Shown piece after piece: positions 49,794 through 62,332 of a DNA stretch of 64,000 bases (the stretch's first letter is position 1; every line of letters starts with the position of its first letter). The DNA is from an uncultured Clostridia bacterium (lineage in GTDB: Bacteria; Bacillota; Clostridia; TANB77; CAG-508). A program made the translations under genes and the position numbers. A model generated the notes under the pieces. That model did no database searches, was not told where the DNA came from, and saw only the letters and a program-made list of their open reading frames with translations. The DNA lies in contig CANQHI010000004.1 of assembly GCA_947623725.1 (NCBI GenBank), forward strand, positions 764 to 64,763, written 5' to 3'.

Positions 49794-50363
49794 TTATATT
49801 TGTATATTTTTAAATATTAACAAAACAAAATTAAAAATTAATAGAACGTAACCAAAACCTATTATACATGCCAATACACACTTTAATAAAATTATACCTA
49901 TTTTTTCTCTTTCTTTTTCTTGTATACAAATTTTATAAATTATTTTCGGTATATTGTATATACCAATAATAATTATTTCTATTCCAATCAATAAAGACAT
50001 TTGTTTTGCTAAATTTGATTTTGGATCGTCTCCACTGAAAGCCCAAGCCATTAATATAATTGAAATTTTTGTAATGCAAAATATAATATATGGTAAACTA
50101 TTTTTTATACTACCTTTTTTTTCAGAGTTTTTATTATATTCTATAAAAAAAGCTATTAACCAAAAAAGTGGTAAAATAATTACAAGCATTTTTAATATAT
50201 TATATATTGTATCAAACATTTCGGAATCATTAGCAATTGGTGCTATATGCCAACCCAATATACTTAAAGTTATCATAAATTCCAAAATCATTGTAATAGG
50301 AAATCTTTTTACATCTTCTTTTACTATTTTAAATATGTTAAATTCATTCAATATCTCTTTCAT
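49794..50363 (-). CDS. hypothetical membrane protein (paralog of 49136..49732)
   Basis: 189 aa with the same topology and motif pattern as its neighbour. Confidence 0.5.
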   Translation of the reverse strand: MKEILNEFNIFKIVKEDVKRFPITMILEFMITLSILGWHIAPIANDSEMFDTIYNILKMLVIILPLFWLIAFFIEYNKNSEKKGSIKNSLPYIIFCITKISIILMAWAFSGDDPKSNLAKQMSLLIGIEIIIIGIYNIPKIIYKICIQEKEREKIGIILLKCVLACIIGFGYVLLIFNFVLLIFKNIQI

Positions 50364-50384
50364 AATATATTTTTCCTTATAATA

Positions 50385-52034
50385 TTAATATTCAAAAACA
50401 CTTCCACCTATAAATTCTCTTAAAACTGAGTTATTTGGTATTGCACTTTCATCTTCAATCGGCTTAAAATATTGCAAGAAAGAAATAAGTCTTTTAGCCT
50501 CTGAATATTCTTTTTTATCTTTTCCGATTTCTTTTAATAATGGAATTGCATATTTTGATAAAACTGAAAGTTCATAAACTAATGAGCTATTAAACATTAC
50601 ATTTGCTTCTTCTTGATATGGGAATATATTTTTATTTTCACCATTATTTACAGATGCCCATCTTGATAATGTATCAAGTGCTGAGTATCCTCTATAATTA
50701 TAATCTCTTACAATTCTTCTAATAAGTCTTGTATCAGTTGTTGAAATACGATTAAAATAGTCTACATTTAAAACAGTTAAATCACTTATATATATTTTAA
50801 ACTTATTTTCTTTTGGAATTGCTGAAGTTAATCTATCATTCAAACAATGTATTCCTTCTATAACTAATACTTCATCATCTGCAAGACTTAAGAAATTTGT
50901 TCCATCATATCTTTTAGTTCCAACTTTAAAATCAAATACTGGAACTTCTACTCTTTCGCCTTTAATTAATCTTGTTAAATGGTCATTAAATAATTTTAAA
51001 TCTAATGCATCTATTGTTTCAAAATCATAATCTCCATTTTCATCTCTAGGAGTGTCAGGTCTTTCTACAAAATAATTATCTGTTCCAATTGTTACAGGTT
51101 TAAGTCCATTTACTTTAAGCTGTATACCTAATCTTTTTGCAAAAGTAGTTTTTCCAGATGATGATGGACCTGCTATTAAAATCATTTTTAATCCTTCTCT
51201 TTTAGAGATCATATCTGATATTTCTGCAATCTTTTTTTCAAGTAATGCTTCTGATGTTAATATTAAATTTTTACCACCGTCTTTTTCTATTTCATTATTT
51301 ACATGGAATATTGTCTTAACTCTCATTAAACTATTTATATCATCATATTCTTTAAGCGTTGCATGTAATTTTTTTGTTTCTTTAAAAGGTCCTATCTCTG
51401 TCGTATTATCCTCACTTGGATATCTTACGATAAAACCTGTTTTATATTTTTTTACATCAAATATATCTACAAATCCTGTGCTTATTGGCATTACTCCATA
51501 AAAATAGTTGTAATAATCTTCACAAAAGTAAAAAGTTATTTCTTCTTTTTCTTTTTTACTTAATTGCAAGATTCCTCTTATGCTTTTTTCTTTATCATAA
51601 AATCCTTCTGCTTCTTTTCTTGTCATTACTTTTTTAGTAATTGGTAAATCACTATCTATAATTTCTTGCATTTTATTTTTTACTTTTTCTATTACCTCAT
51701 CAGTAATTTCCATGTTTTCAACTTCACAAAACATAGAGTTTGTTAATTGAAAATTTACAATTACCTGTGCTTCTGGATAAAGTTTATTAAAAGCCATTGC
51801 CATTATATAAAGAATGCCTCTTATATAAACCATTCTTCCATCTTTACTAGTTATATCAAGAAGTTCAATTGAATCTCCTTCATTTATTTCATAATCAAGA
51901 GATTTTACTTCATTATTGCATCTGCAAGCAATTATATGTTTTGGAGATAATCTTATATTATCTTTAAACATATCAATTACCTTTTTTATATCGTTTATCA
52001 TTCCAACTTCTTTGTCTTGGTAAATTATTTTCAT
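50385..52034 (-). CDS. uridine kinase / phosphoribulokinase-family P-loop kinase with an N-terminal TGS-like domain
   Basis: 549 aa with the Walker A motif GPSSSGKTTFAKRL and a downstream PRK/uridine-kinase-like region. Confidence 0.6.
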   Translation of the reverse strand: MKIIYQDKEVGMINDIKKVIDMFKDNIRLSPKHIIACRCNNEVKSLDYEINEGDSIELLDITSKDGRMVYIRGILYIMAMAFNKLYPEAQVIVNFQLTNSMFCEVENMEITDEVIEKVKNKMQEIIDSDLPITKKVMTRKEAEGFYDKEKSIRGILQLSKKEKEEITFYFCEDYYNYFYGVMPISTGFVDIFDVKKYKTGFIVRYPSEDNTTEIGPFKETKKLHATLKEYDDINSLMRVKTIFHVNNEIEKDGGKNLILTSEALLEKKIAEISDMISKREGLKMILIAGPSSSGKTTFAKRLGIQLKVNGLKPVTIGTDNYFVERPDTPRDENGDYDFETIDALDLKLFNDHLTRLIKGERVEVPVFDFKVGTKRYDGTNFLSLADDEVLVIEGIHCLNDRLTSAIPKENKFKIYISDLTVLNVDYFNRISTTDTRLIRRIVRDYNYRGYSALDTLSRWASVNNGENKNIFPYQEEANVMFNSSLVYELSVLSKYAIPLLKEIGKDKKEYSEAKRLISFLQYFKPIEDESAIPNNSVLREFIGGSVFEY

Positions 52035-52110
52035 AAGTATCTTTCCTTCCTAAACATTTTTACATAAATTTATTTTATGCATAATTTTATTATATTATTG
52101 TTTTTTATAA

Positions 52111-54789
52111 TTATTTCATTTTTTCTTTTATTTTAGATAAAATATTTAAAGCATCTATTGGTGTTACTTCTTCTAATTTTATATTATCTAATTCATGTGC
52201 AATTTCAGCTAATTTATAGTTATACATACTTAATTGACCTTGTTCTTCTTGCATTTCCGTTTTTGTTTTTGGTCCTTCTTTCAAAATACTTTTTCTCTCT
52301 AATCCTTTTAAAATATTATTTGCTCTAGATACTACTTCTTTAGGTACTCCTGCAAGTTTTGCAACATGAACTCCATAACTTTCATCTGTTCCACCTTCAA
52401 GTATCTTTCTTAAAAATATTACATCTTCTCCTCTTTCTTTAACTGCTACATGATAATTTTTAGTCCCTTCTAATATTTCTTCTAATTTTATTAATTCATG
52501 ATAATGAGTAGCAAATAAAGTTTTTGCTTTTATTTTAGATATATATTCTGCGACAGCCCACGCAATTGACATTCCGTCATAAGTTGAAGTTCCTCTTCCT
52601 ATTTCATCTAATATAACTAAGCTCTTTGAAGTTGCATTATTAAGTATACTTGAAACCTCCATCATTTCAACCATAAAAGTACTTTCTCCCATACTTAAAT
52701 CATCAGATGCTCCAACTCTTGTAAAAATTTTGTCTACAACTCCTATATGTGCTTCTTTTGCTGGTACAAAACTTCCGATTTGTGCCATTAAAGTTATTAA
52801 AGCAACTTGTCTCATATATGTGGATTTTCCAGCCATATTTGGACCAGTTATAATATTCAACCTATTGTCTTGTGAATCTAAATATGTATCATTTTCTACA
52901 AATGAGCCTGCACTAAGTATCTTTTCTATAACTGGGTGTCTACCTTCTTTTATTTCTATAACATCAGAATTGTCAACTATAGGCATACAATAATTTTGAT
53001 TTTGAGCAACAATTGCAAAAGAGCATAATACATCAATTTTAGAGACAATATTTGCAACATTTTGTATCCTTTTAACATTTTTTTCTACTTCTTCTCTTAT
53101 TTGTGTAAATATTTCATATTCTAAATTAACTATTTTTTCTTGTGCTCCTATTATTTGATTTTCTAGATTTTTTAATTCCTCTGTAATATACCTTTCTCCA
53201 TTAACTAAAGTTTGTTTTCTAATATATTTATCCTGTGGAACCATATTAACAAAAGATTTACTAACTTCTAGATAATAACCAAAAACTTTATTATATCCTA
53301 TTTTTAAGGTTCTAATTCCTGTCTTTTCTTTTTCTCTAGCTTCTAAGTCTAATAAATATTTTTTTCCATTTGTAGTAAGTTCTATTAGTTCATCAACATC
53401 TTGATTATACCCTCTTTTTATAATTCCGCCTTCTTTTATTGAAATTGGTGGATCATCAATTATTGATATATTAATAATGTTGTATATATCATCTAATGTA
53501 TCTAATTCTTTATACAAATTTTTTAATAAGTCTGAATTTGCTTCTGATAAAATAGTTTTCAATTCTGGAAGTTGTGATATTGAATTTTTAAGTGAAATTA
53601 AATCTCTTCCATTTGCTGAACCATAGGCTACTTTACCGGCTAATCTTTCTATATCGTATATATCTTTTAATAAACCTATTACATCATCTCTTAATATTTC
53701 ATTCTCTTTTAATTCTTTAACCGCACCTAATCTATTATTTATATCTTGAACATCAATTAATGGATCACTAATCCATCTTCTCAATAATCTTCCTCCCATT
53801 GATGTTGAAGTTTTGTCAAGCACCCACAAAAGCGTTCCTTTTTTTGATTTATCTCTAAGCTTTTCCGTTAGTTCTAAATTTCTTCTTGCATTTATATCAA
53901 GTGACATATATTTTGTTGTTTCATAAACAATAATTTTATTCAAATTTTCCGGTCTACTTTTTTGAGTATCTTCAATGTAATAAATTAGTGCATTAACTGC
54001 TGGAATTATAAATGTCCTTTTTTCAAATTCTTTATATTCATTGTTATTCTTATCAAGTATCTCAAAATTATTCTTTACTTTATCTAAGTCCTCTGAAAAA
54101 ATTTCATTTTCTTTATTTGATATAAAACTGTTAAATCTTTTTTGTATCTGAGTTAACTCTTCTTCTGAGTTACTTAACATTGTATTTACTATCATTTCTG
54201 ATGGATTATATCTTGAAATTTCATCTAATAATTTTTGAAAATTATTATCCTCTTTAATTTCTGTTGCATAAAAATCTCCTGTTGAAATATCACAAACAGC
54301 AAGTCCAAAATATATGCCCTCTTTATATATGCTCATTATAAAATTATTTTTCTTTTCTTCTAGTATATTTCCATCAAGTATAGTTCCCGGAGTTACAACT
54401 TTTATTACATCTCTTTTTACTATTCCTTTAGCTATTTTAGGATCTTCTAATTGTTCACATATTGCAACTTTATATCCTTTTTCAACTAATCTATTTATAT
54501 AAATATCTGCGGCATGGAAAGGAACCCCACACATTGGAGCTCTTTCTTCTTGTCCACAATTTTTTCCTGTTAATGTTAATTCAAGTTCTTTTGAAACATT
54601 TAATGCATCATCAAAAAACATTTCATAAAAATCACCTAATCTATAAAATAAAATACAATCTTTGTACTTTTCTTTTGTTGCTAAATAATGTTGCATCATT
54701 GGAGAAAATTTATCAAAATCAAATTCGGATTTTTTATCGTTTTCTTCATTATTATTTATTTCTTTTGTATCTTCTTTTAATTCTGACAT
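52111..54789 (-). CDS. mutS: DNA mismatch repair protein MutS
   Basis: 892 aa. The N-terminal TPMMQHYL...FYRLGDFYEMFFDDA, the Walker A GPNMAGKST and DEIGRGTSTYDG are canonical MutS motifs. Confidence 0.97.
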   Translation of the reverse strand: MSELKEDTKEINNNEENDKKSEFDFDKFSPMMQHYLATKEKYKDCILFYRLGDFYEMFFDDALNVSKELELTLTGKNCGQEERAPMCGVPFHAADIYINRLVEKGYKVAICEQLEDPKIAKGIVKRDVIKVVTPGTILDGNILEEKKNNFIMSIYKEGIYFGLAVCDISTGDFYATEIKEDNNFQKLLDEISRYNPSEMIVNTMLSNSEEELTQIQKRFNSFISNKENEIFSEDLDKVKNNFEILDKNNNEYKEFEKRTFIIPAVNALIYYIEDTQKSRPENLNKIIVYETTKYMSLDINARRNLELTEKLRDKSKKGTLLWVLDKTSTSMGGRLLRRWISDPLIDVQDINNRLGAVKELKENEILRDDVIGLLKDIYDIERLAGKVAYGSANGRDLISLKNSISQLPELKTILSEANSDLLKNLYKELDTLDDIYNIINISIIDDPPISIKEGGIIKRGYNQDVDELIELTTNGKKYLLDLEAREKEKTGIRTLKIGYNKVFGYYLEVSKSFVNMVPQDKYIRKQTLVNGERYITEELKNLENQIIGAQEKIVNLEYEIFTQIREEVEKNVKRIQNVANIVSKIDVLCSFAIVAQNQNYCMPIVDNSDVIEIKEGRHPVIEKILSAGSFVENDTYLDSQDNRLNIITGPNMAGKSTYMRQVALITLMAQIGSFVPAKEAHIGVVDKIFTRVGASDDLSMGESTFMVEMMEVSSILNNATSKSLVILDEIGRGTSTYDGMSIAWAVAEYISKIKAKTLFATHYHELIKLEEILEGTKNYHVAVKERGEDVIFLRKILEGGTDESYGVHVAKLAGVPKEVVSRANNILKGLERKSILKEGPKTKTEMQEEQGQLSMYNYKLAEIAHELDNIKLEEVTPIDALNILSKIKEKMK

Positions 54790-54868
54790 TTTTAGTTCCT
54801 TTCATTTTGCATTTATATAAAGCATTATATAATATGATTACTTATAAATCAAGCAAATCAAAATAGTT

Positions 54869-56338
54869 TTAATTGCCTATTATATTTCCTTTTAAATACC
54901 ATTGATGCTCTGATATTATCTTAATCTTTATGACTTTTCCTATTAAATCATCAGTTCCTTCAAAATTAACAATTTTGTTAGAAATAGTTCTTCCAGTTAG
55001 CATCTTATCATTATTTTTGCTTTTTCCTTCAACAAGTATTTCAACTTCTTTTCCAACATAATTCTTATTTTGAGCTTGCATCCTGCTCTCTACTTGATTT
55101 TTTAATTTTTCAAATCTTTCATGTTTTATTTCTTCTAGAATTTGATTTTCCATTTTATCAGCAACTGTTCCAACCCTTCTTGAATAAATAAACATAAAAA
55201 CTTGTTCAAAATCAACTTTTCTTACTACATCTAATGTATCTTCAAAATCTTCTTCAGTTTCACCTGGAAACCCAACAATTATATCAGTTGAAAATGTTAT
55301 TTCTGGAATTTCTTTTTTTATTTTTTCAGCTAATTTTAGATATTCTTCTTTTGTATATTTTCTATTCATAGCCTTCAAAATTTTTGTACTTCCAGATTGA
55401 AGTGGTAGATGAATTTGTTTGCAAACTTTTTTTGAATTTTTTATTGCTTCAATTACATCATCTGTAAAATCTTTTGGATGTGGGGAAATAAATCTAATTC
55501 TTTCTATTCCTTTTATTTTATTTAGTGCTAATAACAGTGTAGCAAATGAATTAACTATAATCTCACTTTTTTCTTCACCTGATTGCTCTAATAAATTCTC
55601 ATCAATCTTTACTTTAAAATTTACATCTTCCCCTTTTTCTTTTTGGCTAACTAAGTATGAATTCACATTTTGTCCTAATAATGTGATTTCTTTGTAGCCT
55701 TCTTTAGCTAATTCTTGAACTTCATTTATTATGTCCTGTGGATTTCTACTTCTCTCTCTTCCTCTTACATAAGGCACTATACAATATGTGCAAAAATTAT
55801 TGCATCCATTCATTATTGTAACTGATGCCTTAATTTTATCTTCCCTGTAAACTGGAACACCCTCATATACAATGCCATCAATATCTATTATATCTTCAAT
55901 TTTCTTTTTTTCCTTTATTGATTCATATAAATCTTTAGGAAATTGTTCTAAAGTATGTGTACCAAAAACAATATCAACAAATTTATAGCTTTCTTTTATT
56001 TTATTAGTTATATGTTTTTCTTGCATCATACAACCACCTATAGCTATAATTGTTCCTTTTTCTTCCTTATATTTTTTTACTTCCCCTAATTTTCCAAAAA
56101 GTCTTTCCTCTGCATTTTCTCTAACACAACAGGTATTAAAAATTATTAAGTCTGCTTCTTCTATTTTTTCAGTCTTTGAATATCCTGCTTCATTAAGCAT
56201 ACCACTAATTTTTTCAGAATCATTTTCATTAAGTTGGCATCCCATTGTTAAAATGTGATATTTAGGACTTTTATTTATATTCATTTCTTTTATTTTTTCT
56301 ATATATTTTAATTCTTCATTTACTTTTTTTATTTGCAC
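54869..56338 (-). CDS. miaB: tRNA (N6-isopentenyladenosine-37-C2)-methylthiotransferase
   Basis: 489 aa with an N-terminal MTTase domain (GCQLNENDSE), a radical-SAM motif CNNFCTYCIVP and a TRAM domain. The GTG start is preceded by AGGAGA. Confidence 0.9.
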   Translation of the reverse strand: MQIKKVNEELKYIEKIKEMNINKSPKYHILTMGCQLNENDSEKISGMLNEAGYSKTEKIEEADLIIFNTCCVRENAEERLFGKLGEVKKYKEEKGTIIAIGGCMMQEKHITNKIKESYKFVDIVFGTHTLEQFPKDLYESIKEKKKIEDIIDIDGIVYEGVPVYREDKIKASVTIMNGCNNFCTYCIVPYVRGRERSRNPQDIINEVQELAKEGYKEITLLGQNVNSYLVSQKEKGEDVNFKVKIDENLLEQSGEEKSEIIVNSFATLLLALNKIKGIERIRFISPHPKDFTDDVIEAIKNSKKVCKQIHLPLQSGSTKILKAMNRKYTKEEYLKLAEKIKKEIPEITFSTDIIVGFPGETEEDFEDTLDVVRKVDFEQVFMFIYSRRVGTVADKMENQILEEIKHERFEKLKNQVESRMQAQNKNYVGKEVEILVEGKSKNNDKMLTGRTISNKIVNFEGTDDLIGKVIKIKIISEHQWYLKGNIIGN

Positions 56339-56485
56339 TAGTTTAATCTCCTACTATTATAATATTTTTAATAGAAATCTAATTATTTCATATCTTTATA
56401 TATAAAAACAAGAAAATATAACTAATGATTTATTATATTTTCTTATTTATATAAATATTTATTTTTATATACTTAAAATTTACAT

Positions 56486-57139
56486 CTATTCAGGTTTATT
56501 TTCTTCTTTTTTTGCTGATTTTGTGTCCAATTGCATTTCACTCTTAATTGTACTCATAAATATTGTTGATGCATATACTAGAAGTGCTATAGACATTACT
56601 AATTCATTTACTGGAATTCTTGCAATTACATATATACTATACAATAAGCCTTCTGATATAATTAAATTTCTTATAAGCTCTATCATCTTTTTTGTTCCCT
56701 TATATCTAACAGCATAGAATCCTACTATCAATAAAGTAGATAGTCCAAATGGAATTATATATGGTTCTACTATAGTACTTAATTTAACATTTGAAATATG
56801 TTCTATTGAAAAATTACTTGATGTTAATTCTACTCCATATTTTTCATTAATTTTTGAACATAAATCTTGTACTTGTTCATCTGTAACATTTTCTGTAACT
56901 TTTATAATTGCACTATCACCAAATAGCTCAACTTCTTGAACTAATATATTTTTTGAATTCCATATTTGAGATGCAATTTCTTTTATTTCTTTTGTTTCAA
57001 TACTTTTGCCTACTGTAAATGTTATAGTGTTTCCTTCAGCATAGTTTAAATCTACTTTTAATCCTATTGTTGCAGTCATTATAATTGCTACAATAAATAT
57101 TATAACTAATGCTATATATAATATTTTTTTTGATTTCAT
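56486..57139 (-). CDS. SecF-like membrane protein (short, divergent)
   Basis: 217 aa with TM1, a periplasmic-type domain and three TM helices. It lies after the SecD-like gene in a tgt-yajC neighbourhood. The C-terminal half of canonical SecF is missing. Confidence 0.4.
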   Translation of the reverse strand: MKSKKILYIALVIIFIVAIIMTATIGLKVDLNYAEGNTITFTVGKSIETKEIKEIASQIWNSKNILVQEVELFGDSAIIKVTENVTDEQVQDLCSKINEKYGVELTSSNFSIEHISNVKLSTIVEPYIIPFGLSTLLIVGFYAVRYKGTKKMIELIRNLIISEGLLYSIYVIARIPVNELVMSIALLVYASTIFMSTIKSEMQLDTKSAKKEENKPE

Positions 57140-57203
57140 TTTACTATTTTTGCTCCTTATAATATATTTAGGTTTTTAAGATTTCCTATAAATCAATTTA
57201 TGT

Positions 57204-58736
57204 TTATTTACTTCTTACTATAAAATTAGTAACTATTAAATTATAAAGTATGCTTATATCTATTGCCCAGAATGTAACCATTCCAAAACTGTAAATTGAA
57301 TCCCAATTTATAAAACAACATATAATTGATAATATTATCAATGGAATTATAGATATACAATATTTTTTTAGTGTTTTATCATAGTTTTCAATTTTTTCTT
57401 CTCTAGTCAATTTTTTATCTTTTATTTTTTCAAATAACACATAATAGAATCCTAAATTTAGTATAAATGCAAATCCTATAGCAAATATTCCTTCTAATGA
57501 TAATGTTACATTAGTATATCTTAATGCAATTAATAATACTGCTATATATCCAACTGAAAGTATTGTGCTTAATACACCTTTCATTTTGAATTTTACTATC
57601 ATTGCAATTGAAATTACTACACCTATTCCAATTAATACATAAATTATTGTATTTATATCACTTGTTTGTATTGTTCCACCAACATAAATGTTTCCTGTAA
57701 TTTCATAATCAATAGGTAATGGATCATTTTCAATTATAGCTGCTATATTATAACCACCATATAATGCTGATTTAAGATCAGTTTCATCTATATAAGAGCC
57801 CATTGATAATTCTAATTTGCCACTATCAATAACTTCATCAAAACTTGTTGAAAGCATTACTGTATCATCTATTTTTATATCAATTGTTTTATTAACTTCT
57901 TCACCACTAGCTTCTGATTCATCTACTGCATTTTCATCAGTTGTATTTTCTTCTGATGTATTCTCTTGTGTTGTATTTTCATCAGTTGTTTCTTCTGAAA
58001 CATTATTTTCTGTTTCACTAGTATCTTCTGATGTTTCATTATCTACTGCATTTACTATGATTGTTGCATTTGAATTATATTGCTCTGTAATATCTTTAAA
58101 TATTTTTGTGCCATTTAAGTTAAAATTAATATCCATTCCTACAATAGAATAACCATAAGTATCCGTTGCACTTACATTTACGCTTTTTACATCTTTATTA
58201 GTAAGTAAAGTTTCTCCTGTATTTGTATCTGATACTTCAAAATTACCCTTTTGAACTAAATCTGATAGAATTACATCTGTTTGTTCATTTTCTGGAAGTG
58301 ATAATTCTATTTTTCCTGTTTTCTCATCAAATGCTAAAACAAAATCATCAATTTTTAAAGCCTTTAGTCTTGCTCTAAATACTTCTTCTGCTTTTTTATA
58401 ATTATTTAATTTTTCCTTTTCTTTTTCTGCAGAATTATCTTCATTCTGATTTTCTGTGCTTTCACCATCTGTATTATTTTCTGTTTCTACAGAATTTTCA
58501 TCTTCTATTTTTGCTTCACCTAAATCTATACTCTCATTTTCAGTGTCACTTTGTATTTCTGAAGGTACTAAAGTTACAAATCTATACCCACTTACATCTG
58601 TTCCTAATATATAATTTGGTAATGAACTTACCATTTGATTTTTATCTAAATGGTATATTCCTACAAATGATATTAGTGATACTAGTATAATTATTAATAT
58701 AACTAAAGCTATGTTTAATTTTTTTTGCGTTTTCAT
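57204..58736 (-). CDS. SecD-like membrane protein (divergent)
   Basis: 510 aa with an N-terminal TM segment, a large acidic extracytoplasmic region and a C-terminal bundle of about six TM helices. It lies downstream of yajC, the usual secDF position. Confidence 0.45.
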   Translation of the reverse strand: MKTQKKLNIALVILIIILVSLISFVGIYHLDKNQMVSSLPNYILGTDVSGYRFVTLVPSEIQSDTENESIDLGEAKIEDENSVETENNTDGESTENQNEDNSAEKEKEKLNNYKKAEEVFRARLKALKIDDFVLAFDEKTGKIELSLPENEQTDVILSDLVQKGNFEVSDTNTGETLLTNKDVKSVNVSATDTYGYSIVGMDINFNLNGTKIFKDITEQYNSNATIIVNAVDNETSEDTSETENNVSEETTDENTTQENTSEENTTDENAVDESEASGEEVNKTIDIKIDDTVMLSTSFDEVIDSGKLELSMGSYIDETDLKSALYGGYNIAAIIENDPLPIDYEITGNIYVGGTIQTSDINTIIYVLIGIGVVISIAMIVKFKMKGVLSTILSVGYIAVLLIALRYTNVTLSLEGIFAIGFAFILNLGFYYVLFEKIKDKKLTREEKIENYDKTLKKYCISIIPLIILSIICCFINWDSIYSFGMVTFWAIDISILYNLIVTNFIVRSK

Positions 58737-58750
58737 TTTTCCTCCTAAAA

Positions 58751-59218
58751 TTATTTATGTATATTTACTCCAATTATTCCTCCAATTACTCCAGCTAAAA
58801 TTGAAGCCACTAACATTATAACCGTTTTTATGTTAAATGTAAAGCCTGTTATAGCTATACTTGATAATAAATATATAAAAATTATATAAATTCCACCTAC
58901 AATTGCACCATTAAGTAACCCATTTTTCTTAATATTCATTGTGCTTAAAATACTTCCTATTAATATACTTAAAGCTGCAATACTAATTATTGAGGTTGGT
59001 ATTATATTTTCTGATACATTAGTAAATGCAAGAATAATCGATAATATCAATAATAATACCATAGATATTATTATTGATATTATACTCCCTTTTAATATTT
59101 TAATCAAATTATTAGTCTTTGAACCTTCATCTAATTTTTTTACATTTTCCATATATACTTCCACCTTATCAAAATTATTTAGGTTTTTGGCTTTACCTAT
59201 AAACCTTATTTGATTCAA
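58751..59218 (-). CDS. small polytopic membrane protein (TIGR04086-like)
   Basis: 155 aa with four TM helices. The family assignment is tentative. Confidence 0.4.
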   Translation of the reverse strand: MNQIRFIGKAKNLNNFDKVEVYMENVKKLDEGSKTNNLIKILKGSIISIIISMVLLLILSIILAFTNVSENIIPTSIISIAALSILIGSILSTMNIKKNGLLNGAIVGGIYIIFIYLLSSIAITGFTFNIKTVIMLVASILAGVIGGIIGVNIHK

Positions 59219-59244
59219 TTATATGCAGAAGTATATATATTTTA

Positions 59245-59538
59245 TTACTTTATATCTCTATCATCTAATCCTGCTATAGCCCATTTTTCAACAGATAGCC
59301 TTACTTTATCTGGATTAGTTTCTATTATTATTCTATCATCTTCTATTTCAGTTATTACTCCAGATAGACCAGAAAATGTAACTACTTTGTCGCCTTTTTT
59401 CAATTCATCTTGCATCTTCTTTACATTTTTTTCTTGTCTTTTTCTTTCTGCAAATGAAACATAATATATAAGTAATATTATTACAATTACGACAATTGTT
59501 GTTAAAATATCTTTTAGCTCCATTTTTAATCCTTTCAT
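59245..59538 (-). CDS. yajC: preprotein translocase subunit YajC
   Basis: 97 aa with one TM helix followed by ...MQDELKKGDKVVTFSGLSGVITEIEDDRIIIE..., typical of YajC. Confidence 0.85.
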   Translation of the reverse strand: MKGLKMELKDILTTIVVIVIILLIYYVSFAERKRQEKNVKKMQDELKKGDKVVTFSGLSGVITEIEDDRIIIETNPDKVRLSVEKWAIAGLDDRDIK

Positions 59539-59569
59539 TTTACAAATAATAATTTATTCTTCTATATTA

Positions 59570-61133
59570 TCAATCCTGTTGCATTTGGCTATCTAGATCA
59601 TCGTCTTGCTGAATCTGGCTATCTTGAACTATATCATCATTTTCTCCATTACTATTACCTACGTTTTGATTATTACCATTGCCCTCTTGAACAACACCAT
59701 TATCTTGCGAATTATTTTCATTATTCTGTCTTGATTGCTCTTCATACCACCAATTTACAATATCTAATGCTTGATTTTGAAAGGTTACATAGTAGGTTGT
59801 AACATCTGCTATTGTTGTCGAATAAACATTATCTAAAACAACATTAATCATTGGCTCTCCAAGATTACTAACAATTCCGTACTTTCTAGTTACTGTATTA
59901 TTATTTTGTTCTTCATTATCAACTTCAACAACTATACCTTTTATATCTGGAATTACAACTACTGGATTTGTATTTCTGTTTCCCGTATCAGGTACTTCTT
60001 TACATCCTATTCCATTATATTCAACTGGTACTATCGTCTCCCCATTCTTATCAATTAATCCCCATTTATCATTTAATGACACTGGTATAGCATTTCCAAA
60101 TAATAAATATCTATTTGTTACGTTTGCATCATCATATGAATCTGCATTTAATCCTATAGTATCATAATCTTGATGGATTATTATTTTTCCGTTACTATTA
60201 ATTACACCTTGTTTATTGCTACTTGTAACTAAATATAATCCTGCATTCTTATCAATTATTTCTATTTTATCATAATCTGGTCTAACCTTTGTAATTCCAT
60301 CACTGCCAATTATTCCAACCTTTTTATCTTCAGTTGTTACAATGAAATCTTCTGTTCCTTCCATATACTCAACTTGTGTATATCTTGGAGTAATAACTGA
60401 ATTTAATGTTCCATCATTACTAATTAAATCTACACCATAAAGCGTCGTTCCTTCATCTTGAACAACAATTAAATTATTAAGTATAGCTTTTTCATTATTA
60501 AATTTTACTTGATCAGAAAATTTCGACTTTTCTAAACTAGCTGTAGTAATTGCCCCTTCGTAATAAGTTGTTAAATAAGGAAGTGTTTGTATTATGACTG
60601 TATTTGTAGTAGCATCATAACTTATATTTAAGTTAAATGCTCTTGAAAGTCCTTGACTACTTATATATAAGTTTTCACCTTTTAACATAACTTCTTCATC
60701 TATTTCAAAAGTCTGTGGTTGTAAATCTCCTGTACCGAGGATATTTTACTATTTCATTTGAACCTGAAGCAAATGTAACAATTTCTTTTGAATTATTTAC
60801 ATAGCATTTTGTTCTATCTTCAGAAAATTGTTTATATCCTCCTGGATAATAAATATATCCTACATAAGAGCAAATATTGCTAATTGACGTATATACTTTT
60901 CCATCTTGAATAAGGAATAATCCTTCTTCATTACTTGCTTTAGAATTTTGTAATCCATCTATACTAACTTTAAAAAGTTGATCTTTTAAACTTTGTGCAT
61001 AGATCCAAATTCCAACTGCAGCAATTATTAAAATTACCATTAATACCAAAACTATTACAAGTGGTACACTTACTTTTCCCTTTTTCTTTTCTTGTATAGG
61101 ATTTTCTGGCATTAAATCCATATTTTTCACCAT
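59570..61133 (-). CDS. membrane-anchored WG-repeat protein (two track ORFs joined by a +1 shift at CGG 60737..60735)
   Basis: ORF 60705..61133 (TM anchor) ends ..NEIVKYP-CGG. Skipping the C reads GTGDLQPQTFEIDEEVMLKGENLYISSQ..., running without a stop into ORF 59570..60688. That ORF contains KWGLIDKNGETIVPVEY-type WG repeats and otherwise has no signal sequence. Confidence 0.75.
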
Positions 61134-61180
61134 TCCTTCCTAAGGCAAAATATTTAGTTGAACAAGAAATAATTTCAACT

Positions 61181-62309
<1,129 letters not shown>

Positions 62310-62332
62310 CTATTTTTTCCTTCCAATTTTTA

